DNA of 63,662 bases, the filler included, from Guillardia theta CCMP2712 (lineage: Eukaryota; Protista; Cryptophyta): NCBI RefSeq assembly GCF_000315625.1. It is 6 parts of 6 records of this genome, joined end to end, with 100 filler letters (N's around TTAATTAATTAA, not from the genome) between each part and the next. Parts side by side here need not be neighbours in the genome. Positions count along the whole stretch, not along the records: positions 1 to 26,371 come from NW_005434617.1; 5 more parts are not named here. One strand, given 5' to 3'. This document shows positions 1 through 13,967 of the stretch, in pieces; the stretch's first letter is position 1, and each line of letters opens with the position of its first letter. The translations under genes and the position numbers were made by a program. The notes beneath the pieces were generated by a model. The model worked only from the letters and a program-made list of their open reading frames with translations. It was not told the origin of the DNA and made no database searches.

Positions 1-2114
1 CTTTTCGAAAGGCAAGTTAAGTCACGCCGTCGGCGGCGATCACAGTCATGGGCCAGCGGCCGCCACGCCGAGGCTCGGATCCGTGTACCACCCGCGATCC
101 GGCCGCGCCGCGGCCGGCGGACCGGGTGCCCGCCACCGTCCCGTCCGATCACTGCGGACGCCGCGGGGGCCTAAGCCAAGTTACGGAGGAGTCTTGGAGT
201 CAATCAGCCTCATACTAAGTAGCGCCCGCAGTCACATGGCTCCAGAAGCCAAGTCAAGTTCAATCTGACAGCTTCCGAAGTTCCGAGGCCCAGTTTTTGA
301 TGTCACGGCATTGCGGCCGCACCGACTGGGCTTTTAAGTCACAGGCTGTCGTACTGGTGGTACGATCGGACCGGTCCGACCGTGACCGGGTCCCGGAGTC
401 AAAGCAAGTCAAAGCAAGTTTCCAAGGCGAGTCACGAGCCTCAAGCCTGCCACGTCCCGGCGAGGGGCGGGGGGGTGGGTTGACTAGGCTCAATGGGGAC
501 TACTCGTACCGTGCGACTACCTGCGGCCGCGAACAGATACCGTGGCACGGCCGGGCAGTGCCGGTCACTACGGCACCACTGATCACGACGGCCGGGCCGC
601 GGCGTACCGTGCCGTCACCGGGGAACCGTTGAACTTCGCCGGAATACGGCGGGAGACACCGAGCGGGACTCCCAGGGTACTAAGGGGTCGCCCTTTTCCT
701 CTTGAGCCTCTACTCGTCGGGGACAAGGTGGGACCCTACGGGACCTTGCACTTATGTGCTGCGTCTCTTTGTGGTGCCACGGCAGCTGCGGTCACGAGGG
801 AAATAGATGAAACGCAACGATTTGAGGTGGCTCCGAATAAAAAACTGTTATACCTCCCATCTTGGATTCGTAATCTCGAGATAAGCTTCCCCTACGTTGT
901 CATGGACCACTAGCCCGTTGAGGTAGACGATATCCACAGAATGTCGGTTGTCAGCACCTCGCAGTCTGTCCTCTAAACAATGCCTTATCAAGAAAGTTTT
1001 ACTCTTGTGAATGTAAAGCTTTCAGTTGCTGACATCTTTAACTCCCGTTTCCTCTTATCTTCGTTTTCTCCTGTCGCCAGTGCTGACTATGTGGAAATCG
1101 AAACATTTCAATATCACGTCGTTTCGTGATTAGAAGGCACTCTGTAAAAGGGTAGGGGTCCATGACATGAAGGGGGTGGCCAAGGGGGTGGCAAGTGATC
1201 GATGAAGAGGGTGGAACATGATTGATATTCAGGGGGTGGGGTTATCTCATTGGGGGTAGGGTGCTCGTCAGATCGGGTGGAGGGTTATTGTAAAAGGGTA
1301 CACACGGGCCGTAAAAGGCTACAATCAACGCATGTCCATCGGCCAGATGATACTGGGGTGGTAGGGGGTCATGTACCAAAGATTAGTGCTTGATAGAGCG
1401 TCGAAAACATATATGGTCTATCAATGCTATCAACCATAGTCTCTGACAAAGCCGGTCAATCGGGAATTTCAGGGGTGGAGGGGTACCCTTTAACACGGTT
1501 ACAGTGTGATGGCAGGGATTTCAGTAAAGCCGAGGGATGGGGGTGAGGGTCCACATGAAGGGGGTGGGTCTTTTCCATATCCTCATGGCTGGGGGTAGAG
1601 GGTATGGTGACCCCTATAGGAGTCTAATTAGACTTCTTGGCCCACGGAGCGCCGAGGAGCAAATGGAGGTGAATATGGGGGTAGGGTGATCATCCCTACC
1701 CTAAAAGGGTATCTATTCTTGGTTAATGATCACCCTCTTTTTCATCATATTCACAGGGAAGCGTAGGGGTACAATGAGTACCCCATGCGGTAATTGGGGG
1801 TGCAGTTTTTCCACCCCACCCCACCTCACCTATTCCTCCGCCCCCTCCGCCTCCCTGAGTCTATCCTTGACCCCCTTTCTGTTCCCGACCCCTCCAAGTC
1901 CAATGACTTGAAAGGGTGGGGGTTAGTTACTCCTGCTCCCGTCCCCGTTGCTCCCTCCTCTTATCTGCTCCCTCTTCGAAGTCCCTTTACCCACGAGACC
2001 CACACCTAACGCTAGCACGCGTTAGAAACCTGTCAGCCTGTCCTTGCTCCCTCCTGCTTCCGATCTCTTCGAACCCTTCCAACACCTCCCTCCCTCAACT
2101 GCACCAGCGTAAGA

Positions 2115-2534
2115 ATGCCCTCCCCCCCTGCCACCATGGAAGTTGAGCGTATCAACGGCTCCGGTGTTGTTCATGTCCTTCCCAGACGCCGAGTCGGCAA
2201 AGTCTGGCAAGCTGGACCAACTGTTACTCTCAACGCTCAAGGAGTGACCAGCTTGTTCGTCATGCGCCAATCCGATGCAGCGAAGTTTCTTGGAATTTCA
2301 CTCACCAGCCTGAAATCTGCATGCCGACAGCTCGGTGTTACGAAATGGCCTTACTCAAGACGGAGAATGCTTGATGGCAACAACATGGATGGCACAAAGA
2401 AAGACGACTCGAAGACTGATGACGAGGATGAGGACTCTGGTGCCGAAGAAGCCGAGGAAATGTCTGAGCCCATCACGGCGTACGATTCGCTGTTCATGGA
2501 AGCACTTGCACATGTTGAGGGCAAGAAGCTGTAA
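2115..2534 (+). CDS. RWP-RK domain transcription factor (intronless)
   Basis: SLFVMRQSDAAKFLGISLTSLKSACRQLGVTKWPYSRR matches the RWP-RK consensus; acidic C-terminus. The start may be 2136. Confidence 0.92.
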   Translation: MPSPPATMEVERINGSGVVHVLPRRRVGKVWQAGPTVTLNAQGVTSLFVMRQSDAAKFLGISLTSLKSACRQLGVTKWPYSRRRMLDGNNMDGTKKDDSKTDDEDEDSGAEEAEEMSEPITAYDSLFMEALAHVEGKKL

Positions 2535-4655
2535 ATCAAATAATGTAATACTGTCTTTATCATATTGTGATCCAAGGCTGTAATTTAGTGTAAAGGAAAT
2601 TTTCAATGAACGGTTAAAATAAGAGTTCTTTGTTGCTTCCGGCAGATCGGGTAGGCAGATCGCACACACATCTACCCATCCTGCAGTGGTGCTGGGTTTC
2701 CTTGGGATCCCTTGATCGGACAAGTTGACCTCTAGTCAGGTGGTCTTGGTTCTAATGTGTACCTCTCAACTTCTTTCTAGCAAATAGCAGAACGGAGCTT
2801 TAAGCATGTTGGCCACCAGCAGACAACATTGAGTATATGACTTCTTCGCTCTGTAGGAAGCCGCATGCTTCCAAGGGCGTCATCGACAAGTCAATCAGCA
2901 GACTGATGCGTATGATATCGTAGTACAAACTCGTAGAAGTTGTCATTTCATTCATTTGAATAAATCGTGCTATTTTCTTTGTCACCCCAATGAGAAATGG
3001 AATTACATTCCCGAGCATGCATAGTAGGGAGAGTCCATAGAGCCTGTTGGAAAGTTAGCTCCTCCATTGATGGTGAACACAAGATTAACCTGGCATCCAG
3101 TACTGCAGGGCATCCTGAGAAGAAGATCCCTGACAAATGCATCACAGTGAGCAGAGGACAATCAAACGGAAAAGCAGGAATATATGTATCATATCGGAAG
3201 CTCGTTGCCAATCACCAGCATATGCACAGCGTGATACGAAGAATGTTACCTGGAAGTTGTTGTTGTGGAAGGGCATGTACTGGGTGCTACAGGATGGAGT
3301 GTCTGGTCTGGGGTACCAGGCTAGTTCGTTGGTAGGAACGAGGTAGAAAAGCTGAGAGACAGATGTCAAAAACGCAAACACACATTGTTTGCATCATGGC
3401 ATCATTAACAAGTCCAGTCGAAGGAAACCACTAAAAGTTGTAGCAGGCCATGGGAGAACAAGGCATTTGAAGTCAACAGCACACAGATGTTGCCGATTTG
3501 ATGTGATGAAGAGATGGCATACATCAATACACATACACAAATCTGATGAGGGAGCACGCACAACAAGGTACAAACAGCCAGGTTGCATAAAATGAGGGTG
3601 CATGAAAGAACGATTGATCAGAAGAAGCAAGAGAATGCAAACGTGTATTTCATCAAACAAGGGGGATTGAAGTTAGGAATCCACGACATGAACAGGTTGA
3701 AATGAGTACGTGGAAAGAAAAATGAGAAGAAGCGAACCAGACATGTGTTGCACAGCAAGATGTCCAAAGAACACCGGATATGTGTTGTGGAGACGAAGAC
3801 ACCATGAACAATCACTTGCTACAGATATCATGTGCCACCGTCATATAGTGCAAGAAATGTCAAAAGAAAGAAAGAAAAGTAATGGACGAGAAGCAGCAGA
3901 AGACAGAGCTGGAAAGAAATTGCAGTGGACAAGAAAGGCAGATCAGGATGAACAGAGGGGGCGTGTCGTTGATTGTTGAAAAGTAGAGGAGAGCGCAGGG
4001 TAGATGGGGAAGAAACGTTCATACAAGCGAGAGAAATGATGAGAACGTCGTGGAATAAAGCAGTCGTAAGGGAAAGGTATCATAAAGAGAGAGGAGGGAA
4101 ATGACTGACGCGAGTGAAGTTCACAAGGAACAAGAGGGTAAATAAAAAACGGAGAAAGCAACAGAGCAAGTTTTGAGGTAGTGCAGGAGGAGCGAACAAG
4201 ACAGGATAGGACAGGACAGGACAGGACAGGACAGCACCCGACAAGAAAGGCAGGCAGCAGGCAGAGTGCATTAGCGAACGCAGAGGAGCCGCATGGTCAA
4301 CATCGCTTTTTCTTCTCACCATTGCTACAGGATGAAGAGGCAGGCTCTCTCCGTTACACTTTCTTGGAATTTGTAACGGTAATTGGGGTAGGATCTCAGA
4401 GGGCAGCAAAGTAGTCCTAGTGAGAGACCTAGCGGGTCGTTATGCGCATGTCCGCTAGCACACGTGCGATGCAGGAACGCCGATAGCAGGAGGCAGGATC
4501 GAGGAACGCGGGAGGAGAGGAGAGAAGGAGTGAGAGAGCAGTGAAGCAGAGGGACAGGGAAGAGAAGAGAGAGGCAGGAGAGAAGAGAGAGGCTTCAGAA
4601 AGGAGACTGCTGGCAGGAGAAGCAGCTACGAGGAGCGATTGTGGGCAGGGCAAGG

Positions 4656-5572
4656 ATGGATATTGGAGGAGAGCTAGTTGAGGCAAGGGTTGACTTGAAG
4701 GAGGTCAGCGAGGGCAGTTGTGAGTCAGAAGACGAGTACGAGCTGCTGAGGTTCGAGGACGAGGAGGAGTTCTGTGCCGCAGCATCCGCCTGCGCAGACC
4801 TCTACTTCCTGCGAACAAGGAACATCTACATCGACGAGGAGTCCCTGGTGAAGAGCTGCCTGGATGTGAATGGGCAGAGAGGAGTCGCCTTCCTCGTCGA
4901 CCAGCGCGGGTCAGAGAGCGAGATCGTGCAGGATGACACAGGAGGCGCAGTGTACGACGCGGCCATTGTTCTCTCGAGGTATTACCGCACGACTGTCCTG
5001 CATTGTGTTGATCGTGCTGCAGGTTTCTGTGCAGGCAGGAGGCAGGTGATATGCAAGGGAAGAACGTGTTGGAGCTGGGTGCTGGCCCTGCGCTGGTCTC
5101 GATGGCTGCAAGCATTCTTGTTGGGGAGAAGGGGTATGTACTAGCTACAGATGGGAATGACAACACGGTAAATTTGGCAAGGATGAATGTGAGGCGTGTA
5201 TCAGAGCACAATACCTCTTCCGCAAGGCGTGTACTCCATGTTTATCGTGCTTATTTCCTGCCTTCTTGACATCCTTCCCGCTCATGATGTTGGTCTTACA
5301 ATGCCCCAGATTCTGGTGGGGGACGCCGACTGAAGACATTCCGGAGATGAGGGGGATAGCCTGGGACTATGTAGCGCTGCCTTGCCTCCTCCTTCACGTA
5401 TCAATCTTCTGTGCTAGGTGCTCGCTTCGGATGTAGCCTACGACGAGACTCTCTTCGCTCCTCTCGTGGAAGGGGTACGGAAAGATCCCGCTACTCCATC
5501 GCGCCCTGCTGCTGCTGTCCTCCTCCTCCTCCTCCTCCTCTTTCTCTTCCAGCTCGTGCTGCTGCTCGTACA

Positions 5573-5604
<32 letters not shown>

Positions 5605-5992
5605 TGCTCCCCCTCCCCCCCTCCTCCTCTTACATCTTCGTCAGTTGCTGTCAGTGTTCAACAACAAGACGGTCGGGTATCTGTGCAACGGAGTGCGAAG
5701 CATCGATAGAGAGAAGAAGTGCGTTTCTCAAATCCTGCAGCTCCCTTGGCTGATGCTCCTGCTCTGCAGCTTGCGGGCTATGCTGGAGAAGCACTTCAAG
5801 GTTGAGAGCATCAAGGTGGGTGAAAGTGACGATGGGGAAGAAGTGCTTGCTGCCCATGTTGTCTTCAATATTGTCACGAGCTTGTTCCATGTTCTGGATG
5901 ATGTGACTTTGTTTCCGCGTTCTTCTCCTTTGCAAGTTGTTCTCCTCTCCCACCCTCCCGTTGGCTATCCGCTTGTCCTCCTCCTTCGCTGA
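4656..5992 (+). CDS. Class I lysine methyltransferase, METTL21/Methyltransf_16 family (multi-exon; 3' end approximate)
   Basis: Exons encode DTGGAVYDAAIVLSR, LQGKNVLELGAGPALVS..VLATDG, FWWG and VLASDVAYDETLFAPLVE, separated by short GT-AG introns. Confidence 0.85.
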
Positions 5993-6819
5993 CCCTCTCC
6001 CTCGCGTCAGACCTCGGAGTTCTCCTATTCCATTGAGGATCTTTCCGGCATTTCTGCCCCCAAGTTCACTTCCGGTCAAGTCAACATCGACAACAAACCG
6101 CTGCCGCCAGGCTTCTGCATGCGAAAGTTCCATCGGGCGCACCTCCTCTGGAAGCTCACGTTAGAGGGATGACTGAATTTGTTAGTGGTGAGCATAGGAG
6201 TTTTTGTAGCCTCCCCCATCTCCCTCACCCCTTGCCCTCTCCTCAGTCACCGCAGCTTTTTGTTGGTTCTTTCAAGTGGCTTTGCAAGTTGCAACCAGTC
6301 TTGTTCTTGTGTTACGATCGTGTCTTGACTTTGCGGCGGGATTGACCGTCACAGTAAAAACTCTCCCTCATCCCTTTTCATGCTTGAATCGTTCCATCAG
6401 CATCGTACTCCCCTCCCCTCCCCTCCCCTCTCGCTTCCCTCTCGCCTCCTCCCCCTATCCTTTCATACCTTTCCTTCTCTCCCTCTCCTTCTCTTGCCTT
6501 TCTCTCTCTTCCCCTCTCCCCTCCCTCCCTCTCCCATGGCACCATGAAAGCGCCCGGCTACCGCGTCCCCTTTTTCGGTTGATCCGTTGAAACAAAAAAG
6601 TCATGCAGGCACACAAGAATGGCGGGAAGGGGGGGGGGAGGACGAAGAGGAGTTAGATGTTAGGGACTGGGTGAGGGAGTAGAGGAGAGCAGGTCATACA
6701 CAGCGGCAGAAGAGAGAACCTGGAGGGAGGAGGGAAGCGGGAAGGTGAAGGGAGGAGCGGGGAGGTGAAAGGGAGGAGGTGCGCGCAACGAAGAGGGGTC
6801 GTTTGAACGCTCGGTCGCC

Positions 6820-9381
6820 ATGTACTCGCGGAGTTTCGCGTCCGAGACGAGTCAGAGGACGAGGATGAGGAGCCTGAGGGACGTGGGAGCCTCGGAGCTC
6901 GAGCTGGTCAAGAAGATCGCGCAGGACCCCCAGCTGAGAGCCGAGCTGGAGAAGTTGCATCATCTAGAGCTGGAGTGCAACGGGATCATCGAGGAAATGA
7001 AGAATCGCAAGCTGACGGTCAGGCAGCGCAGCGCCGCATGCCAGCGGCTCAGGCGGCTCATCGACCTCCCGGATGGCGTCTGGCTGGTCCACAGCTGCGG
7101 CGGGACAGAGGCCCTCTGCGAGCTCCTGAGGGGAGGGCAGAGCGCGGAGAAGAAGGTAGCAAGCAGCGTGCTGGCGAGGCTGGCGTCGGAGGAGCTGTGC
7201 AGGAGCACGATAGCGTACGGAGGGACGCTGGACTCCCTCTGCCACATGCTCAAGACTAGCAACCACACGGTGGACGACGACTCGCGGGGAAACGCTGCCC
7301 TCTGCATCGCCAACTTATGTGCGGGTCCTGGTTACTCCACCAAGGTGTGGCTCTTGTCCCCTGGCCCTCAACCTCAGTTCTGCTCTGTTTTCCCTTCTCC
7401 TCATCTGTCAACTCTCCTCACGTCTCCTCTACCACCTTCCCTCCCTTCCCCTCCCCTCTTCCTCCTCTCTCCCCTCCCCTCCTCCCTCTCTTCCCTAGCT
7501 CATCAAGCTTCAGGTCTCTGATGCTGGTGGCATCCTGTGGATTGTCAAGATGCTGCGAGGGCCAACGAACGAGCAACGAGCTGCTGCATCNNNNNNNNNN
7601 NNNNNNNNNNNNNNNNNNNNNNNNNNNNNNNNNNNNNNNNNNNNNNNNNNNNNNNNNNNNNNNNNNNNNNNNNNNNNNNNNNNNNNNNNNTCCCCTTCGC
7701 CGGTCGACGACCGCCTCCTCCGGTCCCCCCCCCCGCCCCTCCCCACCGCCTCGACTCCCCCCTCCCCCCCACCCCACCCCCGCCGCCTTTCCTCGACTCG
7801 ACCGACTCCCCCCCTCCCACTCCCTCCACTTTCCTCCCTCCTTCCCCTTCCCTCCCTCCCGCCTCCTCATGCCGACTCCTCCTCCCCTCATCGTCATTCT
7901 GATCCCTCCCCCTTCCCCCCTCCCTCCCCTCTGTCGGTACCCGCACACTTGTCTTCATATCACTGCGCCCATTGCACTGACTCGCATCCAGGTCGCCAAC
8001 CTTGCAGTGGACCCGTCGCTGTGCAGGTAACGGTTGATCTTCCCAGCATCCTGAGCTTGACAAGGGGGGAACGACCCGCCGACCAAGCAGGCAGCTGGCC
8101 CTGCATCACTCGGACCCTGTCAAATCTCTCATGAACATCATCAAGGTCGGCTGGAGGAGCTGAAGGAAGCGTCCCGGTACTGATCGCGTCCTCCTCCTCC
8201 AGGACGCCCCCACGTCGTCAGCAGCAGAGGCCGCCTCACTCGCTCTCCGGAATCTCTCGGTGGACGACGAGAACAAGGCGAGGGAGTTTGACGTTTTTGT
8301 TTCCAGCTGATGCGCCGCCAGGTTACCATCCTTGAAGCCGGAGGGATCCAGACAGCATTGCATCTGCTGGGTGAGCAAGAGGAGGAGGAGGAGGAGGAGG
8401 AGGAGAAGGGGGAGGAGGAGGAGAAGCGAGAGGGTAAAAGAGGAGGACGAGATTTTCTGGGGGCAGGGGGGGGTCGGATGGGTGTTAAGTTCCTGATAGG
8501 GAACGATCAGTGGAAGCAACAAGAGAGAGGACAAAAAGAGGGAGGGAGGGAAAGAGGAAAGGAGGAGAAGGGAGGCAGGGAGGCAGGAGGCAGGGAACTG
8601 AAGTTGGTGCTGCTACAGCCACGTTCGAGCCCGAGGCGTTCGAGGACTCGGCAAGCCAGCAGGGGTCGCCCAAGAGGTCGGAGGGCTCCTTGATAGACGA
8701 CGAGTACTCCTTCGACAGTGACATGGAGGAGTCGTACAACAGCGACGGGCCCTCCTCCTCCGCTGCTCCCCCAGCCCATTTCTCCCATCGCATCAGGAGA
8801 GCGATCCTGGAGCGGGCCAAGTTCATCACCAACGGGAGCAGGTGCGGCGACTGGCTGTGGCGGGAGGTGATGGGGGGAAGCGGCAGGTGCATCGGCATCA
8901 AGAACTCTGCCTTCCTGGGGGGCGCAGGGACGCTGCACGTGCGGCTGATGCAGTGCAAGTCGCTGCCGAGGATGGACGTAGGGAGGTGAGGGAGGAGGAG
9001 GAGGAAGAAGAGGAGGAAGGGACAGACATGGCAGTATCTTGATTTTTGTTTCTGTCATTCTCCCCCTTGTCAAAGTCCTAGTCCTGGTTTTTTCCTGTAT
9101 TCATCCTCCTCCTCCTCCTCCTCCTCCTCCTCCTCTTCCTCATCGTCGCCTTCGCCTCTCTTTCTTCAGTTTCTGTTCCCATGTCCTCGTTGCTCTCGTT
9201 CCTCACGTTTGCTCCAACAGCCTCACAGATTGTTTCTGCCAACTCAGCGTCGGCGAAAAGTATCAAACGTCCAAGGCACTGACAGACAGACGTTGCCTGA
9301 TAAATCCTGACTTCTTTCTCCTCCTCCTCCTCCTCCTCCTCCTCCTCCTCCTCCTCCTCCTCCTCCTCCTCCTCCTCCTCC

Positions 9382-9420
<39 letters not shown>

Positions 9421-12400
9421 CCGTCCGCTCCTCTTCCTCCTGCCCCACTCCTGCTCCTCCTCCTCCCCGCCTGTGCCTCTCTGCTCCTGCTTCTGCTGTC
9501 CCACAGGTTGTAGAGGACTCACTTGATCCGATCTTCGAGGAAGATTTCACCTTTGACATCATCAACTGCGCCAACCAGAAGCTTGTGATCCATTGTTCTC
9601 CCCGCTCTCGTTCTCTTGCTCCTCCCTCTTCATCTTCACCATCTACCTTGCTATGACAGTTCTCAGGGTGCTGCTAGCCCCTCCCTTCCCTTCCCTCCTC
9701 CTCTTCCTCCTGCTCCTCCTGCTCCTCTTCCTCCTCTTCCTCCTTTCATTCACCTCCTCTTCCTTCATTCACTCTGTGCCTATGCAGTCTCTCCGTGCCA
9801 TGGACTTTGACGACATTGACGAGGAGGAGGAGGAGATTCGATTCAACAAGCTTGATGGAAAGGCAGACGAGGTGACGGCAATCGTGCCCTCACTTTCACT
9901 TCCTTCTCCTCCGCCCATCTTCCTTGCTGACTGATTCTCGTCGTGCTCCTCCTCCTCCACAAGTTCCTCCACCTCTTCCTCTTCCACTTTCCTCTTCCTC
10001 TTCCTCTTCCTCCTCCTTACCTTTTCCCTCCCCCTCTTACTCTCCTATCAGTCGAACAAGAACGCGACAGACAAAGCCGGGTCGATCCACGACTTCATCG
10101 GGTCATTGCAGGTCAGGAGCCCCAAATGATTTCAACCCGAGGGTTTCTGGTGACTCCAGAGACGATCGCAAAGATTCCAGCATCTTCGTCCTTTCCTCTC
10201 GCTCCTCTCTTCCCCTCTCTTCTCCTCACCTCTCCTCCCTGATCTTCTCCTCTCCTCAGATTGATCTGAAAGTTCTTCTGGCTGAAGAAGACTTCGTCCT
10301 CGAAGGTCGGGTCTACATTGCTGTTTCCAACTTTCATTCTCCTCCTTCCCTTACCCAAACTCTGCTTCCTGCCCTTCCCTCCCAATCCCTACCATCACCA
10401 CCACTACACCCACCACTACCTCCTCCTCCTCCTCCTCCTCCTCCTCCTTCTCCCTCAATTCATCTCTCTCCCTGTCACCCTACTTCTCCTTTTCCTGACT
10501 CTGCAAGCAGACTGGCATCCACTCCTCGACGAAATGGGAAAATATGTAAAGGGACAGAGTAGCTCATGTACTGCTCTTCTTCCTTCTTCTCTCCTCTCCT
10601 ATCCTCTCCTATCCTCTCCTCCCTGCTCTCCTCTCCTCTCCTCTCCTCCTCCCTCCCCTCCCCTCCCCTCCCCTCCCCTCTNNNNNNNNNNNNNNNNNNN
10701 NNNNNNNNNNNNNNNNNNNNNNNNNNNNNNNNNNNNNNNNNNNNNNNNNNNNNNNNNNNNNNNNNNNNNNNNNNNNNNNNNNNNNNNNNNNNNNNNNNNN
10801 NNNNNNNNNNNNNNNNNNNNNNNNNNNNNNNNNNNNNNNNTTCGCTGTTCTGCCTTTTCGATCCTATTCCTTCCTTTCCTCCCCTCCCTCCCTCCCTCCC
10901 TCCCTCCCTCCCTCCCTCCCTCCCTCCCTTTCTTGCTTCTCTCACTGCTGGCAGTCCAAGAATGCGGAGGAGTCCCTGCTCTGCTAGACATCCTTCACAG
11001 CTACGAGCACACATCGCCGGTGAGGAGGAGGACCAAGGGAAAGCGAAAGAAAGTGGAGTAGGTGTGCGGGGGTGGCAGGGGGGAGGAGGAGCAGAAACAG
11101 AAGAAGCAGGAACAGGGGGAAGGAAAGCGATGACAAGGACCGGGACAGGAGGCTTCGATGGCGGCGAACGCATTGTTTCACCTCTGCCTGAACTTCGACA
11201 TCCGAGCTGAGGTTGCACACATGATTGCATTGTTACAAGTATTCTCATTCATGTTCTCCTCCTCCTCCTCCTGGTCCTCCTCCTCCTTTTCCTCCTCCTC
11301 CTGCTCCTCCTGCTCCTGCTCCTCCTGCTCCTCCTGCTCCTCCTCCTCCTGCTCCTCCTCCTCCTCCTTCATCCATCCGCCTATTTCCAGATTGGGTCCA
11401 ATGAAACCATCCGGGAGCTCCTGCTGATGATTCATAATCGAGACGTCAGGTTCGCATGATGAAGTTTTCTCCTTGGCTCACTACCTCCTTCTCGACCTCC
11501 TCCTGCACCCCCACCGCCAACTCCTTCCAACTCCTCCTAGTTGTTTCCTTCACTCCCCTTCTCGCCCGTCCCTGAATTCTCCTCCTTTCCCCTCTTTTAC
11601 CTCCTCCTCCCCTCCCCCTCCCTCTCCTCCTCTTCCGTGACATCACTTCACAGCAACCCCAACAACTTGTCTCACATCTACGCTGGCAAATGCCTGGCGG
11701 TCTTGGCGTCAGAGCCTGAAGTCAGGCAGCATCTCCTTGAAGCAGGTGCCTCCTCCTCGCCCTCCCGCCTCCTCTTCCTCCTGCCTCTGATCTCTCTCTC
11801 TACCACCTTGTCTCTCCTCCTGCTCCTGCTCTTCCTCCTGCCTTCGGTATTGCATCCCCTTCTCCGTCTCCTCCTTCCCTTTCTGCTCCTGCAGCTCTTC
11901 TGCTGCTCCTCCTGCCCTTACCCCCTCACACACACTCCCCCCACTTCTTCTCTTCGTCTCATCGCTGGTCGCAGGAGCAGTTGACGTCTTCTCCGAGTGG
12001 CTCGACAACGCGAGGGCGGAGGGTCGTAAACTTGACGCTGAGGTGAGCCGGACAAGCAGTAGAGCTCCCTCTCCTCCCCTCCCCTCCCCTCCCTCCCTCC
12101 CACTCTGACTCCTACCCAACTTATTCTGATCCTTTACCTCTTCTCATTGCTGCTCTCCCTCCTTGTTCCCTCGTTGTCCTCTACCTCCTTTCTATTCCCT
12201 CCTCATCCCCTGCCTCCTCCTTCCCTCCTCCCTACTCAGCCTCTGCCTCCTCCAGGTTGCTGGCCTGTGCCTCTACGCCATGAGCTTGAACAATTCCGCG
12301 GCCCAGAGGATGAAGAAAGGAACTCTCGAGTCGCTCCTCTCCGTCTTCGACATCTCTTCGAGCGGTGCGCTGTCGTTCTTCGATGCCTTCCCCGCCCTCC

Positions 12401-13045
12401 GTCCCCTCCCCTCGTCGTTCTCTTCCCTCTTGGTCGTCTTCCCCCCTTCCTTCCTCTTCCCTCCTCATCCTCTCCTTCCTCCTTGCCTCTGACGTCTCCT
12501 CAGCCATCGCTTCTGACAAGACGCAAGCTTGTGCCGTGCCTGCTCTCATAAACATCTGCCTCGGACACGTTCGGTAGGCCCTCATACTCCCTGATACCTC
12601 TTTGCTGCTGCTGCTGCTACTGCTGCTGCTCTCGCCTTCGTCTCCTGTTCCATCCTGTCTCTCAAACTTTTCTCCTTCCCTTGCTCCCCCTGCTCTCCCT
12701 CATCGCATCCTGTTCCATCCTCCATGTTGAGCCTGACTATCTACAGGATGGTGAAGACATCACAAGAGGATGCCAGCAAAGATTTTCGAGGAGGAAAACC
12801 GTAAGCAGACGATGCCATGGCAGGGAGCGATCGACATCAGCATCAGCAGCAAGACAACCTCTGTCCTTCAACAAGCTGTTTGTTGTTGCAAAAAGTCTTA
12901 CCAACCCGCCCACCACATCATAACGTGTCGCACTAGAACCAATCTCAGACGCAGAGCCTGTAACTATCCTTCCTGCTACATCGCCAACTCCATGCCCCTT
13001 CCCCGCTCAGACTCTCCTCTCCTTCAGATGTCCATCGTGGCGTAA
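6820..13045 (+). CDS. Armadillo-repeat protein with a central C2 domain (many exons, assembly gaps)
   Basis: ARM-like exons: GGTEALCELL..AASVLARLA, NAALCIANL, AASLALRNLSVDDENK, CGGVPALLDIL, MAANALFHL. C2-like exons: GTLHVRLMQCKSLPRMD, TDCFCQLSVG, VVEDSLDPIFEEDFTFDI. Confidence 0.75.
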
Positions 13046-13967
13046 TCCGACCCCTTGGACTTGAGATGTCTCGGTCTCCATCGGCCTGCTGGAGTCTCCT
13101 TGAGGGCCTGCTGGAACAGCTTGTACTCCTGCGACAGCAATGGTCATGTTCATCCCCATCGCCATCGCCATCCTCTACCACCACCATCACCTCCTCCTCC
13201 TCCTCCTCCTCCTCCTCCTCCTCCTTCTCCTTCTCCTCCTCCTCCTCCTCTCGTCGTATCGTTCACACCTCGCTCGTGACTTGCTTTGCTCCAGCAATNN
13301 NNNNNNNNNNNNNNNNNNNNNNNNNNNNNNNNNNNNNNNNNNNNNNNNNNNNNNNNNNNNNNNNNNNNNNNNNNNNNNNNNNNNNNNNNNNNNNNNNNNN
13401 NNNNNNNNNNNNNNNNNNNNNNNNNNNNNNNAGGGAGGGAGGGAGGGAGGGAGGGAGGAGGGGGGGAGGGGAAGGAGGCAGGCAGGCAGGCAGAGGCAGG
13501 GAAGGAGGGAAGGAGGGAAGGAGGGATCTCTAGTAAGGGCGCCATTGCGAAGAGACACTTCGGCATCGTAACGTCGTGTAACCGACATTCATAACCCCGG
13601 GCCTCCGGGTCCGATTTGAGTACTTATATCATAACGAATTGAAACGGAAAATGATCATAACTGTAACGGTTATTGAGGAATGAAAGTGAGGGGTGGGTAC
13701 ACGATGGGGAAAGGATGGGGTACTCGATCACAAATGCTGTTCATGAAGTAGGGGTCAAATTACCTCTTCGAAACGGGGTGGAGGGTAATTAGAAGTAGGG
13801 GTATTTGATCTATAATTTAAGGGGGTAGGGGTATGTATCATATGGGGTCCTTCTGATCTAGAAAAAGGGGGTGAAAAGAAACTCTTCCATGGGTCCTTTT
13901 GAATAGAGATGGAAGGGTAGGGGTGGTACGTTAAAAAAAACCTCCACGCACGTTCTCGTTGGACGCG

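Noticed and set aside
1-913. GC-rich ORFs at window start (similarly 39823-40726)
   Set aside because: Low-complexity R/P/G translations with no codon bias or domain; treated as non-coding GC blocks.
2600-4400. Possible multi-exon gene on the minus strand
   Set aside because: Short ORFs and some splice-like signals exist, but I could not build a consistent model or recognise a domain.
9000-13560. Many poly-L/P/S/E/R ORFs in the six-frame track
   Set aside because: They are translations of intronic CCT/GAG/GGGA microsatellites or run through N gaps.
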